NCBI GenBank assembly: GCA_013239625.1
Contig: MU054220.1
Coordinates: forward strand, 2,355,374-2,419,373
Direction: 5' to 3'
Length of the DNA stretch: 64,000 nucleotides
DNA from: Lama guanicoe
Lineage: Eukaryota
Shown: positions 10,592 to 24,154 of the stretch, one piece after another
Layout of the letters: each line of letters starts with the position of its first letter
How positions within the stretch are numbered: the stretch's first letter is position 1
Notes under the pieces: model-generated
What the model saw: the letters and a program-made list of their open reading frames with translations, nothing else
Databases searched by the model: none
What the model was told of the DNA's origin: nothing
Translations under genes and position numbers: made by a program

Positions 10592-12389
10592 GTGAGCAGA
10601 TGCTTTCCTGTCTTCTCCTGCATCCCTTACTCTTCTCCTGACATCTTTTCCTTCAATCCTGTAGCTGTTGTGGTTGGATCTGGAGTGTCTGGGATCTGTG
10701 CATCTGGTTCTGATCTCCCTAGCTTTCATTGCGTCTTCTTGGAAAATCTTGCTCTGGTGGCAGAAAGTGGAGGCCTGGCAGTATGAGTCAGGTGACTCTG
10801 CTAGCTCCTTTTCTGGCTAAGCTCACGTGACCTTTAGCTTTAAAGGAAAATTGTAGATGGGGTTAGAGAGGCATGAGGAGGTAAAACTATTGACTTCCAC
10901 TGCCCTGCTTTTTGACTTTTTTGAAGGATTGTATGTGCAGGACTAGTTATTGTGAGATAACAGAAATGTCCCAGAGGGCCTAGGAAAAAGGGAACCCTGC
11001 TTGGGACAGATTAGTGTATTGGGTCTTTGATTGTGTTGCTTTGGACAACTTTGTTCATCTCTTAAACCTTATCTTTTGAAACACTGCAGCTTGACAAAGG
11101 AAAAGAAAATAATATGTATATGTGTCAAGGAAAGTGCTTTTTTTTTTTCGGAGATACATATTTTTTGGACAGCAAGTTAGTTGCTTAGTTAAGATTCTTT
11201 GAGTAGATCTTCCAGATGGACATTGACATTCACCTCGGGGCAGAGAAGAAAAGAATTCATAGAAGGAAGGCCTCTCCATACTCGGATCTGCTTCCCAGGC
11301 AACTCTTTCATGGAAGAAAGAAAGTGGGCTTAGCTAATCGCCCACCATATACTCCATGTATGGCTGTGAGCACAGCTATCTCAATTTATTAGGGACTTCT
11401 TTCTGTAATTCTGTAAAGGTCAAATCTAGCGTAATCACCAACTCCCAGAATATGCCTGTTGGATCCAAACAGCATATTGCTCTGCATTACATCCTCTGTT
11501 GAAGCAACTGAAATTTCTCTGACATAAGCTTCTCACAAGGGTGGGAATATGGATTGTGCACATAATGTACTTGTTATTTTGGGAGTATGCTTTAGAGAGT
11601 TATACAGCTAAGAAGTATTTGTTGAATTACATTTTTTCCAGCACTGTACTAGGCACTATCAGGAATACAAAAGAAATCTAATACCTAGTCTTAGCCCACT
11701 GGCAGTATACAGTATTGTAGAGGCAAGACTTATTTACAAGTAATTATATAAAAAATGTAGATGAGCCAAATGCTTCATTGTATGGTTCTGAGGTTAAACG
11801 TAGTCTAATTTCAGAGAAAGGGAAGTATCGTGAAAGAAGGCTTTACAAAATCAAATCTTGAAAGATGGGTAGGTTTGGAAAGGGAAAGACCTCTTTATTT
11901 TAGGGGAATAACATATGCTTAGGATAGGAAAGGACATGGTGAATTCAAGGGCAGTGACTAACAAGAACACAGGGAGACTTGGTCAGATATAGATAGATAA
12001 AGAAAGATAGACAAAGTAATTGAGGTTGTTACTATACCGGATCAGTTCTGGATTAACAAATGAATTCCCAGGTTTGGAATATTTTGCTTTACTCTGATGG
12101 TCCATATTGGAAGCCTGGGACTCTGTTCTTCCTTCTTGTCAAGAGAGGTGAGAAGGTAACAAGCATAGTGCCTGACACATAGTAGGCATTCAGAAAGTTT
12201 ATTAAAGGTAGCCATAAAAGGACTATCTTCAATTATTGGTCTAAAAGCCTACTAATGTCTGTTTCACTAGCATCAGTGGGCTTGTGGTCAGCCTTTGTCC
12301 ATTCTGTTCTAGCAGTACTTCTTCATGTATTGCTGTTCTGAGAAATACCTGAGTCATTTAAAATAAACTCTGGTAATAATTAGAGATAC

Positions 12390-12580
12390 CAATTACTGAG
12401 GGCCTGAGTGTGTTCTAGCTTTGCATTAATTATTTCTAATTTCCACAGTAACTCTGTGCAAGGCAGGTATTAAATTTCTTATCTTACAGTTGAGGAAAGG
12501 GTGGCTCAGAGAAGTCAAGTTTCTTGTTAAAGGTCATGGGCAGTAGGTCTCTGAGTGGGGATATGAACTCTGGTGTGCGT
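12390..12580 (-). mobile_element. MIR SINE fragment
   Basis: ttacagttgaggaaagggtggctcagagaagtcaagt...aaggtca. Confidence 0.6.
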
Positions 12581-12857
12581 AACTAAAGATTTTTCCAAGC
12601 TGCCCTCCATCGTATATTTCTTAAAGTGATAATCTCATTTTTAGGTGAACCATTTTTATGTTTTCCTTTTCTTTTAACTTTTATTTTAATAGAGATCTTC
12701 AAATATATAAAATGAAGAGAAAAGTAGTATAAGTGAACTCCCATATATCTATCACCTGACTTCAAAAATTATCAACACTTGTCTATATCTGCTACCCATT
12801 CCCCCCCAACCCAAACATCATATAATTTTGTCTGGAAATACTCCAATATGTTTCTCT

Positions 12858-13020
12858 AGAGCAGTGCTGTCTAATTAAATGTTCTATATCTGTGCTGTCC
12901 AGTGTAGTAGCTACCAGCCACATGTGGCTCTTAAACATTTGAAATGTGGCTAGTGTGATCTGAGGAAGAACATTTAAATTTTCATTAATTTAAATGTGGA
13001 CAGCCACCTGTGACTAAGAT
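12858..13020. mobile_element. hAT-Charlie MITE (MER3-like)
   Basis: cagtgctgtc...tagctaccagccacatgtggctcttaaacatttgaaatgtggctagtgtga. Confidence 0.7.
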
Positions 13021-13068
13021 ATGACTAATCACTTCTTAATAAAGTAGGCCATTTAAAACCCAGAAACT

Positions 13069-13162
13069 GGGGAGTGAATATAGCTCAGTGGTAGAGAACA
13101 TGCTTAGCATGCATGAGATCCTGGATGCAATCCCCAGTACCTTCATTAAAAAAAAAAACAAA
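13069..13162 (+). mobile_element. tRNA-derived SINE (Vic-1-like)
   Basis: ggggagtgaatatagctcagtggtagag...caatccccagtac, poly-A, flanking cagaaact repeat. Confidence 0.85.
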
Positions 13163-15199
13163 ACAGAAACTATTAAGGATCTATCAGAAAGTTTTGTAGA
13201 CAAAAAGTAGTATGTGTTTGTGGTTTAAATTAAAAAGTTCAAGCATTTAGAAATGAATGCTGTAGAAAATGAAGTCCCTTGTCATCTTGCTGTAAACAAT
13301 TTTACATATATGTTTTCTTATTTTCAAATATGCAAATGCACAATTCTTACTATAAAATAGTGTATTCATGCAGTGGTTACATTCTTTATGGAGTTGCTTT
13401 TCAGATAAGCTTAAATGAGGTATACCATAAGGGTTGACTACTCAAAAATGAGGTATATTATAAATATATTCTGTGTGCACACCCATTAAAGAAGGGCCAC
13501 CACTTTCTCATAAATTGAGTGGCTGCATTCTGATATGTCACTAATATGTACATGTGTTAATCAGCATCTGCTGCTGGCTCCGGAAGGTCTGATCTCTAGC
13601 TGATGAACGGCCCTTGCTTGGATTTCCCCAGCAGGTGTCACTGTTGGGCTGTTACTGCTGCTGGGCTAGGCTGGCAGGGAAGAGGTGTCTTACTGGCTGT
13701 GTGGGGGCGCATGCATCTACTTGAAGGGAGGGGGTTTTATTCTTTGGCATTGTGGTAGGAGATAGACTAAGGAAGCATGTTTTGATCCTTGGTGCTGCAG
13801 ATATAATCAGTAGTATTTGCTAATAGTGAGAATATTAAGCAAAAGTATGTATTTCAGTATAGCTCTGTGTTACTGAGCAGTGATAACCAGTTCATGACTT
13901 ATCTCCTTTAGCCTTTGGGCGATGGAGAGTGAGCTGTCTGCATAGTGTGGCTCCAGATTACAATTTATAACTTGGATAGTAGGCCCTTTGCTTCACCGTG
14001 AGAAACTTCTTTTGGGGTCTGATAGCCTAGGATTTAGCAGGGCTAAATTTGTGGCTCCTTGTGGCAAAAGTCCCTGTGGCCTTGAAAGGCTGGTACTAGG
14101 AAAAAGAAAATTATTTACATAGCATCTTAAAACTGGAGAAAACCTATATTTTATTTAGTCCAGTGTCTTTTTTTTTAATTGATGAGAAAACTTAGATGCA
14201 GAGAGGGGAAGTGACTTTTCAGAGGATTCAAACCCTTGGGTCCTAAAGAGGGCACTCTTCCCTCCTCTTCATTTGAAATTAGTGCTTGCATACATCAATT
14301 TTCTCTGCCAAAATCTCTATTGCTCCTCCAGATCATTGCCTGAGGGGGCTCTTCAGTCAACTTTCTTTGTAAGAAATTGGAACTCCGATAGACCATTTGT
14401 AATTATTGTCTCTGGGTAAATGTAATCAATGTGATGTTTCTAGGGATACTGGAGAAACACTGTTTTGGTTATTTGCCCATAGAACTGCATTGATTAGTCC
14501 TTTTAAAGTGATCCCAGTTAGGGAAATTCACTGTTAAAATCTCAACTAGTAGGGGATCAAATTTGGGCTAAATCTTCCCTAACTAAATAGTTTCTGCAAT
14601 TCCTTCTTCAGATAGGTGACAAGGTGTTGGTTCTGAAGTCTTTACTAAGATTGAGTGTGTTCTGAGAACAGATGTCTTTTGATCTGTACTTTTCCCTTAT
14701 AGTAGATGAAGACTGGGGAAGACATTCATGGTTATAAGCCTAAAATTTGGTCCAGAACCTCGAAGGTTATAATTGAAAGCCCTCGTTAGATTTCTACATC
14801 TTTTTACATCTGTTTGTGAGGGGATTGCTTTGTTGGAGCAGCCTGAAGCCTCTTGAGGCTTTATGGGCGGACTAACTTGCTTGATCCCTCAATCCCTCAG
14901 CTCTAGTCACATGGGGATTCTCCAGGGAGCTGCAGCAGAGCATCATTGATGGAGGGAAATACATGAATGGATATGTCCATAGGGCTAGTCACGGGTCCAC
15001 AGGAGGGAGAAGGCAAACTAGAAATTAGGAACGTACCAGTATTCTCAGCATGGTTGTAATATAGACTGGAGTCCAGCTGAAGTAGTTCTTCTGTGCCACT
15101 GACCTGAGTCTAAAGGGTTTCTACATCCAAGACTGCTCTCAGTTTCTTTGGATAGGGAGTGTACTGAATTTATTATTCAAAATCCAATACAGCTGTCAC

Positions 15200-15440
15200 T
15201 TTTTCCTTTGGGAAATCTTCTCTGACTGCCCCGAATAACTTTCTCTTCTTGGCTGCTTATATACTGTACTGCATGTAGATACTTCCTTGTAGCATCGCAC
15301 CCACGACAGAGAAGTATTTGTTTCCCTTTCTGTCAGTGAGCTCCCTGAAGGCAGATTGTGTCTATATCCCTGCTGTACCTAGAGTGCTACCTGGCACATA
15401 GTAGTGCTCAGTAAATGTTAGTCGAATTGAACAAATGGAA
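15200..15440 (+). mobile_element. L2 LINE 3' end
   Basis: gtgagctccctgaaggcag...cctggcacatagtagtgctcagtaaatgtt. Confidence 0.7.
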
Positions 15441-16564
15441 TTGGAATTATATCCCCTACAATTCAGTATGCAGTGTATATCTTTTTTGACTTTCTTAGTA
15501 AAAAAAAATTATTTTATCACATCCTTAGTCTTCTAGAGAGTCATTGGCTCAGTAAGTACTTGTTGAATAAATGAAGTGGCATAACTAGAGTTGTACATGG
15601 TAGGCACCTTCTATAACTTGAGCTCAGGTGACCTAGAATTTGTTCCTCTGATGTTTCACCATTGTGCCATGTTTCTGACTTGTGTATTGGCTGTGCTGAA
15701 GCCTGTAATAAGTCTCACACACCTGGTCAGCTGTTCTTCATATTGGCTCCCACTGTTGACTCAGGTCCTGCACACTCCTTGGCATCATGTACAGGTTCCT
15801 CTTGAGACCATTTTGTTGGTCTTTGGCTTGGCATCGTGGTGATATTAGTATTTCTGCCAGTCAGTGCATTTGTTATTTTTCTCTCATTAAACACTCTCTG
15901 TAGTCTCAGTGATGGACTACTCGGTCTTGTTAAAGTTCAAATTAGATGTGAATAAGCCAAATTAGATGTGAAGGTTCTGTTTCCCACTGGTGCTTTATGT
16001 TTCTTTTAGTTTCTGTAGAAAGCTTTCACTGAATTTGCCTAGAAGTAGGATGTTTGGGATTGAGAAAATGGGTGCTCTCTTTTTGTTTTTGTTTTGGGTT
16101 CTGAGCATTATTAGAATGAATCTTTTTTAGTTTTGAGATGATTTTAGGTTCTCATTTTCCGGGGCAGAATCTTTATATTAAGAAAGAGTTTTGCTTTACT
16201 TCTAATGTCTCTAAAAATTGCTGAAATTGTTGTCTTTGATGTTCAGATTACAATAGGCCCTTCCTAACTTTTGAGTTCTTAGAAGTTTGGGATTTGAGGA
16301 CAAAGAATAGGGAAGTATCCTTAACCAAGCAAATTTAATTTGTGGATGGGCAAAGAATGACTCATTCCTTCTGGGAAGAGAGAACCAGGTATTGAGAAAT
16401 CAAAAAGAAGAGAAGGTTGATGATGGAATTAAGCGGCTAGTTTTAAGGGAGTAAGGGAAGTCAGGGATGGGATACACCCAGGCCTTACAGGAGGAAGCTC
16501 CTATGAGAGAGCATGGCTCTTGTTATAACCCTGGAAATTAGCTGGTGAAACAATCACTGTGATT

Positions 16565-17120
16565 GGTTGATTCATTCATTCCTAAGGTTAACAAATATTT
16601 ACTAAGTACCTACTGTGTACCAGATACTATTTAAGCACCAGCAATAAGTCTCATTCTAGTGGGAGAAAGAAAGTAGACACATAAATAAAATATCTAATAT
16701 GCTAGGGACTGGTAAATTCTGTGGAGAAAAATAATTTAAAATGTAAGGGGTGCTGGGTGGAAGTTTGTAGTGTTAAATAGGGTCACCAGAGGAAAGTCTG
16801 ATAAGGTGACATCGGAGCAGATGGCCTCTTCCTTCCTTCAAGGAAGTAAGAGGGTAGACTCTGTAGACAGTGGGGGCAAGAGCATTCTAGACAGTTAAGG
16901 GCAAATGCAAAATCCCTGAGACGCTTGGCTGGAGCACAGCAAAGGATGGAGTGATAGAAGATGAAGTTAGCGAGGTAATGGGGACCAGATTATGCAGGGC
17001 CTTCTAAGCCATTTAAGGGATTTTACGTCTTACTCGGAGTGATTTGGGAAGCCATCGGAAGTGGAGTAGCAAGATCTTGTATTTTAAAAGGATCACTGTG
17101 GCTGCTGATTGACAATGGCC
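16565..17120 (-). mobile_element. L2 LINE fragment
   Basis: attcattcattc...aacaaatatttactaagtacctactgtgtaccag; ttttaaaaggatcactgtggctgct. Confidence 0.75.
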
Positions 17121-17419
17121 TGAAGAGTCTCTGCTAAATAGGGTAAATTAAAGTCAGGCCAACATCACACACTTTTAGATTAATTTGTATCTTGAGACTG
17201 GTGGAAACCAGAAGGTGGGAGTCAATGATTGTGTCAGAATTAGAAGGGCCTTAAATGTTTGGATGAAGAGTTGCCAAATAAATAAAGAAATAAAGCCTCT
17301 TGGCAGGCATATTATCTGCAGAAAAGCCACCTCTCCATCCCCCAGTCATGACAGCATGTTATTGAAACTGTGAGGAAGGGAGAGCCTGAAAAATTTATAG
17401 CGAACAGGGGATCATAAGT

Positions 17420-17910
17420 GGAAATTTGAGATGCCTGTTTTTTTCTGCTCACAAAACTGATACCAATTCATTTGTAAAAATTCAAATACAGAAATGTGTG
17501 GTATATCTCTCTCTCTAGTGAATGTCCTCTGCAGTGCTAACCACTGTTAACAATTTGTGTGAAAGTTCAGAATTTTTTTCTATGCAATGAAAGCACATTT
17601 TTTCTTTATTTGTAAAAATATCATGTTAAACCTACTGTTCCACCATTTATAGTTCACTTAATATATCATGGATATTTTCCCATGTTGATGTATATAGATC
17701 CGCTGCATTCTTTTTAACAGTGGTATGGTGTTCCAACAATTGGATGCACCATGATTAAACAAGTCCTCTGTTGATATAATCTGGAGTGTTTCTGTTTTTT
17801 GCATGCACAGACAATGCTGCAGCATCTTTGTGTACTTGTGTAGGTGTTTCTAGAGGAGGGTGAATTTTCTGAACTACAATGGCTGGGGCCAAAGAGTATG
17901 AACATTGTTA
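17420..17910 (-). mobile_element. old L1ME-type fragment
   Basis: ttcacttaatatatcatggatattttcccatg; cattctttttaacagtggtatggtgttcc. Confidence 0.55.
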
Positions 17911-18536
17911 ATGGTAAATGAAAATTAATTGCATTAGTATTAATTTAAGATGTATAAAATGATATTTCCTATTTTACTTCAGTGAACATAATTTAATAGA
18001 TATTCATAATTTCATAGATTGGAACTCCTTAATCCTGTGTTTTTCCCCCTCTCCCATAAGGTCTTAAGTTTCTCAGGAGTAAATTCTACCCGCGGGTTTT
18101 TCAGGAATCTGCTCCTCAAAGTTGAGCAGGACTTCTGTTTTATTAATTCTGAATATCTGCCACCTGGAGGTGTTCATGTACTTTTCTCCTCCAGCAGCCT
18201 TGTGGGAGGGAGACATAACCTTGGTTCCATCTTTGACATTAACTTACTTATTGGCTTTGGGCCACCTAGTCTTCCGGGTCTTTTAAATGTTTGAGAGAAT
18301 CCATGTATTTCTTGCCCCATCATAAGGCAGTAACATTTAGATATTTGAGTTATTTGTTTTCAGGGGTAGTTAGAAAACCCACTTCCCTTTTCAGTGATAC
18401 GAGAGTGAGGGTAAGGAGAAGAGAGGGGACCATTGCTGTTAATCTTTCACCTTCTCTGCTCATCAGCCTGACTAGGTCACTCAGTATTTGAGCCTCTCTG
18501 AATTCGAAGTGTGATCCCTGGTTGTATTGGCTATAT

Positions 18537-18866
18537 CAGGAATTGGGACTTCTGTGAAGGGCAAGCTTGTAAATATCTTAGGCTTTGTGTAGGCCATATG
18601 GTCTCTGTTGCAGATACTGAACTTTGCCATTGTAGCATGAAAGCAGCCATAGACAATATGCAAGTGAATGAATGTGGCTGTGTGCCAGTGAACTTTTTTT
18701 TATGGACACAAATGCGATTTTCATGTAATTTTCATGTGTCATGAGATAGTCTTCTTTTGATGTTTTTCAGCATTCAAAAATATAAAAACCATTCTTAGCA
18801 CATGGGCTGTACAAAAATAGGCAGCAGGCTAGATTTGGCCAACAGGCCATAGTTTGCCAGTCACTG
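18537..18866. mobile_element. hAT-Charlie MER58B-like element
   Basis: gtaaatatcttaggctttg...aaagcagccatagacaatatg...ggccatagtttgcca. Confidence 0.8.
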
Positions 18867-19172
18867 CTTTATGTGAACATAACTTGGAATCGAAGAGCGT
18901 CAGGTGCTATAGTAATAGAAGGTGGTGTGATAATGAGGGCCCAAAGAGGTATGTGGGGACCCTGCACTTGTTCTCTCTCTCTGTACTTTGGATTATGATG
19001 TCCTAAGTATTGGCTCTTATAAGATTCTTTGATGGTTAAGAGCAGGCATAAGTGCATGAAGAGTTTCTTGTTTCCTCTGCTTTCTGCCCTGAAGCAAGGT
19101 TGTCTAACCTTGCTGTATATCTGTCTTGGGAATCATTTGCAAGTGAGGAGGCTTGTCCTGGTGTTGGGGACG

Positions 19173-19223
19173 GTGTGAGCCTCTAGGTCCTCCAGGAGTG
19201 TGTGAGCCTCTAGGTCCTCCAGG
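19173..19223 (+). repeat. perfect 24-bp direct repeat x2
   Basis: gtgtgagcctctaggtcctccagg at 19173-19196 and 19200-19223. Confidence 0.95.
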
Positions 19224-19779
19224 CAGTATGCTTGACAATGAGCCCTTCTCCCACTGTAGGTCAAATTAGCACCTGTTAGACTGATCTAAATTATCCCCCA
19301 TCATCCCTCTCTCTGTTGCTGAATGGTGTAGAGCAGGCTGTGTGCTTTGTATACACATTGAGAACTTGAAAAGATGTAATCACTTCTGTCAGCTCAGAGT
19401 GTTGGAGTGCTACAGGGACTACAGTGGGATCTGTGTATACTGCAAATACATTTGGAGCAATTTCTTGTGTACTCATTTTTTTCCCCTTCAGATCCCCTTC
19501 TCTGCTGTATTTGTTCAGAGTAGTGCTCTAAAGGATGCGTTGGAGGTTTTGCCAAGACAATAACACCAGGTGTATGGGGTTCTGTTTGCATAATGTATTT
19601 TGCTTATTGTAATCAGTCCCAGCCAATTAGAGCTGTGCAGGTAGCTTCTCCTCCTCCTCCTGGATTTCTTGTGTATTTAAGGGAAGAGGGAGGATGTTGG
19701 ACATTTTACTTTTGCTTCTTGGGAGCACTCCTGACAATGGCAAATTTGGCTTTAGTGGGTAGGTCTGTTACATTGGCCC

Positions 19780-20050
19780 AGATAATTGCAAAATAACCTT
19801 CAGGTATATTTGGCCTTCACGATGTTACTAAATATTTCAGGTTTTTCTACCTAAATCCAGATTTCTGGATTCTATTGAAAAAAATTAGATCTGGCTTACA
19901 TTTCTACAAAATAACTATCAGCAGGAGTCTAGTTGTTGTTGCCCTTTTAGTCAGGGCATGGCCTTTCTTTGTGTCTTAGTCTATCTACACTGGGCTGACT
20001 TCATCCACTTGTTTCATTCTTAATTCCAGTTCTGTGTTGGTTACCACTGC
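19780..20050. mobile_element. degenerate hAT element (MER102-like)
   Basis: atccagatttctggattctattgaaaaaaattagatctggc; gcccttttagtcagggcatg. Confidence 0.45.
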
Positions 20051-20819
20051 ATTAGCTCAAGTCAAATGTGCTGGCTAGGCAAAGGCCAGTATGCCTAAAT
20101 TTTCTACCTCTTAGCTCCACCAGGGGGAGGCACTGGACATTGCAGTACCCTCTTCTCTGCCCCACCCATCCTACCTAATTCACCCACATGGGGCTCCCCT
20201 GCTGGCTGTAGGCTGACATGCTGACAGCCCCCTTACCTGAGAAGCTGCCTGACTTTTTAATAGCAACAATTAATAAACTCCTCCTCTGTTTCCAAAGAGG
20301 GAAAGTGGGGGTGCCAAGCTCATTTGCTGCCTGGGGCACAGTTTAGTGAGCAGATCTCTGTCATGTCAGGTTATGCAGTATGAAAGTAACCTACCTCTAA
20401 TGATGGACTCTATAACGTCTTGGAGGAGAATGTCTGCACCTCTCCCTGTGAGCAGAGCACCTTGGACAGAGCTGGTAGGTTCCAGTGAAAAGGCTGATTG
20501 ATTTGGTTGTCACCTGCCGGAAAATTAAAATCAAGTTAGAGCAGGAGTAGAAAATTGTAATAATAAAGGAATCAAAGGCTGAAAGTATGACCTTGTCAGT
20601 GAAGGAGAATTGCAGCTTGTTAACATTGTGCCCTTTTCTTTTGCTGCATCAGAGACTGTGAGTTTGAATCTTTTTGCCTTTTACTTTTTTCCTCCCCTAC
20701 ACATGTTCACTTAAGTTTCTCATTTTCCCTCTGTCTCCCTGCTGTCTCCTTGGATCACTTCACCCTCCCAAGGTGGCTTTTATCCTTTCCTTCCTTTGTT
20801 CTGGTCGCAGATGTAACCC

Positions 20820-22604
20820 ATTTTTGGGGTCTTTTTTCTTACTGTGATAAAAAACACATAACTTAAATTTGACCTCTTAATTTTTAAATGTACAGTATTA
20901 TTAAGTCTATACACATAGTTGTACAGCAGGTCTCTAGAACTTTTCTTCCTGCAAGAGTGAAATGCTATACTCATTGGAACAATTCTCTGTTTCTCTCTCC
21001 CGTCACCCCCTGGCAACTGCCATTCAGTTTTCTTTTTCTGTGAGTTTGATTACTTTATGATCCTCATAGAAATGAAACATGCGGTATTTGTCTTTTTGTG
21101 ATTGGCTTATTTCACTTAACGTAATATCCTCAAGGTTCATCCATGTTGTTACATATGACAGGATTTCCTTCGTTGAATAATATTTGATTATATGTAAATA
21201 CCACATTTTCCTTATCTATTCATCTGTGGACGGACCTTAATGTTGCTTCCATATCTCGGCTATGTGAATAATTCTGCAGTGAACACGGGTGTTCAGATAT
21301 CTCTTTGAGATTCTGTTTTCAATTCCTTTGGATATATACTCAGAAGTGGTATTGCTGGATCATATGGAAGTTCTATTTTTAATTTTTTGAGGAACTTTTG
21401 TGCTACTTTTCATAGCAGCTGTACCATTTTATAATCCTACCAACAGTACTCAAGGTTCCAGTACCTCCATATCCTTGCCAACATTGTTATTGTTTTGTTT
21501 TTTTTGGACAGCAGCATCTTATCAGGTGTTTATGTCATTGTGATTTATTTTCATTTCCCTGATGGTAAGTGATGTCAAGCATCTTTTCATATGCTTTTTG
21601 GCCATTTGTATATATTCTGTTCTGTAAATGTCCATTCAAGTCCTTTGTCAACTTTTAAATTTGTTGTTGTTAATAAATTATAGGAGTTCTTTATATATTC
21701 TGGATATTAATCCCTTATCTGATAAATAGTTTACAAACATTTTGTCCTACTTTGTAGATGCCTTTTTATTCTGTTGTTTCCTTTAAGTTTTATAAATTTG
21801 ATGCAGTCCCAATTGTCTATTTTTGCTTTTGTTACCTGTGTTTTTGGTGTCATATTTAGAAATCATTGCCCAATCCAATGTTATAAAACTTTTCTCCCAT
21901 ATTTTTTTCTAGGAGTTTTATAGTTTCAGGTCTTATGTTTTAAGTTTTTAATCCATTTTGAACTAATTTTTACATATGGCATAAGATAATGGCCCAACTT
22001 CATTCTTTTGCATGTGGATAGCCAGTTTTCCCAGTACTGATTGTTGGAAAGACTGTCCTTTCTCCATTGCGTAGTTTTGGTACCCTTGTCAAACATCATT
22101 TGACCATATACATAAGGATTTATATATGGGCTCTCTATTCTGTTCCATTGGTCTGGATATCTTGTCTTTATGCCAGGACTGTAGTGTTTTAATTACTGTA
22201 GCTTTGTAATATGTTTTGAAACCAAGAAGTGTTAGGCCTCCAGCTTTGTTCTTCTTTCTCAAGATTATTTTGGCTATTCAGAGCTCTTTGAGATTCCATA
22301 TGAATTTTATGGGGTGTTTTTTTCTCTCTCTCTTTCTGCAGGGAAAAAAAAGCCATTGGGATTTTGTTAGGGATTTCATTGAATCTATAGATTGCTTTGG
22401 GTATTATGGGCATTTTAACAATAGTAAGTCTTCCAATCCATGAACATGGGATGTCTTTCCATTTATTTGTACCTTTACCTTTTTTTTAGTGTTTTATACT
22501 TTTCATTGTACAAGTCTTCCACCTCTTTGGTTAAGTTTATTCCTAAGTATTTTATTCTTTTTGATGCTATTATAAGTAGGATTGTTTCCTTAATTTCCTT
22601 TTCA
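20820..22604 (-). mobile_element. 5'-truncated L1 (L1MA-type), ORF2 C-terminal remnants + 3' UTR
   Basis: minus-strand peptides [36 protein letters not shown] gcagatgtaac at 20807 and 22605. Confidence 0.92.
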
Positions 22605-22937
22605 GCAGATGTAACTTTTAAAATTAAAAAAGAAGAAACTCCTTTTTTTTAACTTCTCCAGTTTCTTTCCTACATGCTTTTCTGATTCCTTTTAATGCTT
22701 GTCTCTTATGAGTTCTCAGAATTGAGGTAGAAGCTGGGCTGGTCATTTTCTGTTAGCTCCTTTAAGGCAAAGGACCATTGCTGTAATAGTCATCCTAACA
22801 GAGTTGCTGGATTTTTAAGACCTCCTAGAGCCACTAAATTTGGCACTAAATTTGTGTTAGATGGTACTATTTTGGATGTGATAAGGTGAGAGAGAGAGAC
22901 ATAGATATATCAGATTATTAATAGTGTGGTCTTTGGC

Positions 22938-23125
22938 CAGTGGATCTCAAAGTGTGGTCCTCAGATCAGGAACATCAGCATCTCCTGGAAACTTGTTAGA
23001 AATGTGAGTTTCTGAGCTCACTTCAGATCTACTGAATCAGAAACTTGGGATGGGGGGTGTGCACTGTGCATTTTTAACAAGTTCTCCAGATGATTTTGAT
23101 ATACTTTAAGTTAGAGAACACTGTT
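22938..23125. mobile_element. MER5A hAT-Charlie MITE
   Basis: cagtggatctcaaagtgtggtcc...catcagcatctcctggaaacttgttagaaatg...gagaacactg. Confidence 0.8.
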
Positions 23126-23289
23126 TTAGACCATCTAGGAACCCTTAAACATAACTTGCCCTCAAATCTCTGTAGTATTTGCATTACCCATCACCTTTAA
23201 TTTTCCTTTTGCTCCTGCCCCATGTGTGATGCAGGGTTGCTTTAACTCTCATAGTCTCCTTAGGTTCCCTCTCTTCTATTGTCACATGT

Positions 23290-23425
23290 AGAAGGGTTTG
23301 GATTTGAGCAACACTGGAGTAAAATTCTGGCCCTATTGTGTCACCTTGGGTAGGTTGAATGGCCTCTCTGAACCTCAGTTTCCTTAATTATAAAATTGTT
23401 GTTATGTGGGTTAAATGAGTTAAAC
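23290..23425 (+). mobile_element. MIR SINE fragment
   Basis: accttgggtagg...cctctctgaacctcagtttcc. Confidence 0.65.
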
Positions 23426-24154
23426 ATCAGTTGCTTTTAAAAGTTTAGATGCTTAAGAAACGCCAACTCTTTTCTCTCTCCATTGTTACTCTACCCAAAA
23501 AACACTTCATGGAAAGACTGAAATCTCACAAGTAAAACCAAGTACATAAAAAAGTGAAGGTGACTTAAAAAGAGAGGATAAGAAATGGCTGTTGTGATAG
23601 GGCTGGTTCTGGTTACTCCCATTAGTCACTTGCAACAGACACAGTGAGGGTCTATTTTAGAGAGTACAATAATAGAGAAAGCAGTTTGGTCCATAGCAAG
23701 GGAATGAGATATTATTTTCATTTTTCCTGCACTCTATTATATGATTTGTGCAAAAGAAACTGGTTCTGCCTCTTGAAAAGAGAGGGAGTACAAATAGTCT
23801 TAATGTCCCAAATTCTAGGGTCACCTTCTACACTGAAAGGAGCTGTCCAGGGCATAAGTGTGTTTCAGAAAGGAGAGCCTGATTGAGATAGGTAGAAGAG
23901 AGTTGAAAGTCTTTCTAAATTGACATTGACCCTTTTCACCAATACCAAGACCTCATGCTTTGGACACAGTGAACAAGTTTGTGATGAGTTTTATTGTTTG
24001 AAGTCTGTTTCCAAATATCTTGTTTGGTGTTTTGTTTTGATAGCCAGGGTTTCTTTGAGTACCAGTGTGATTATTTTAGGTTTATAAACTAATTTCATGA
24101 ATGTAGTTTTAATGCTGCTGTTGTAACTACCTTACAAGTTCTAGATGATCAGGA

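Noticed and set aside
15938..15972. caaattagatgtgaa repeated at 20-bp period
   Set aside because: Trivial two-copy microduplication.
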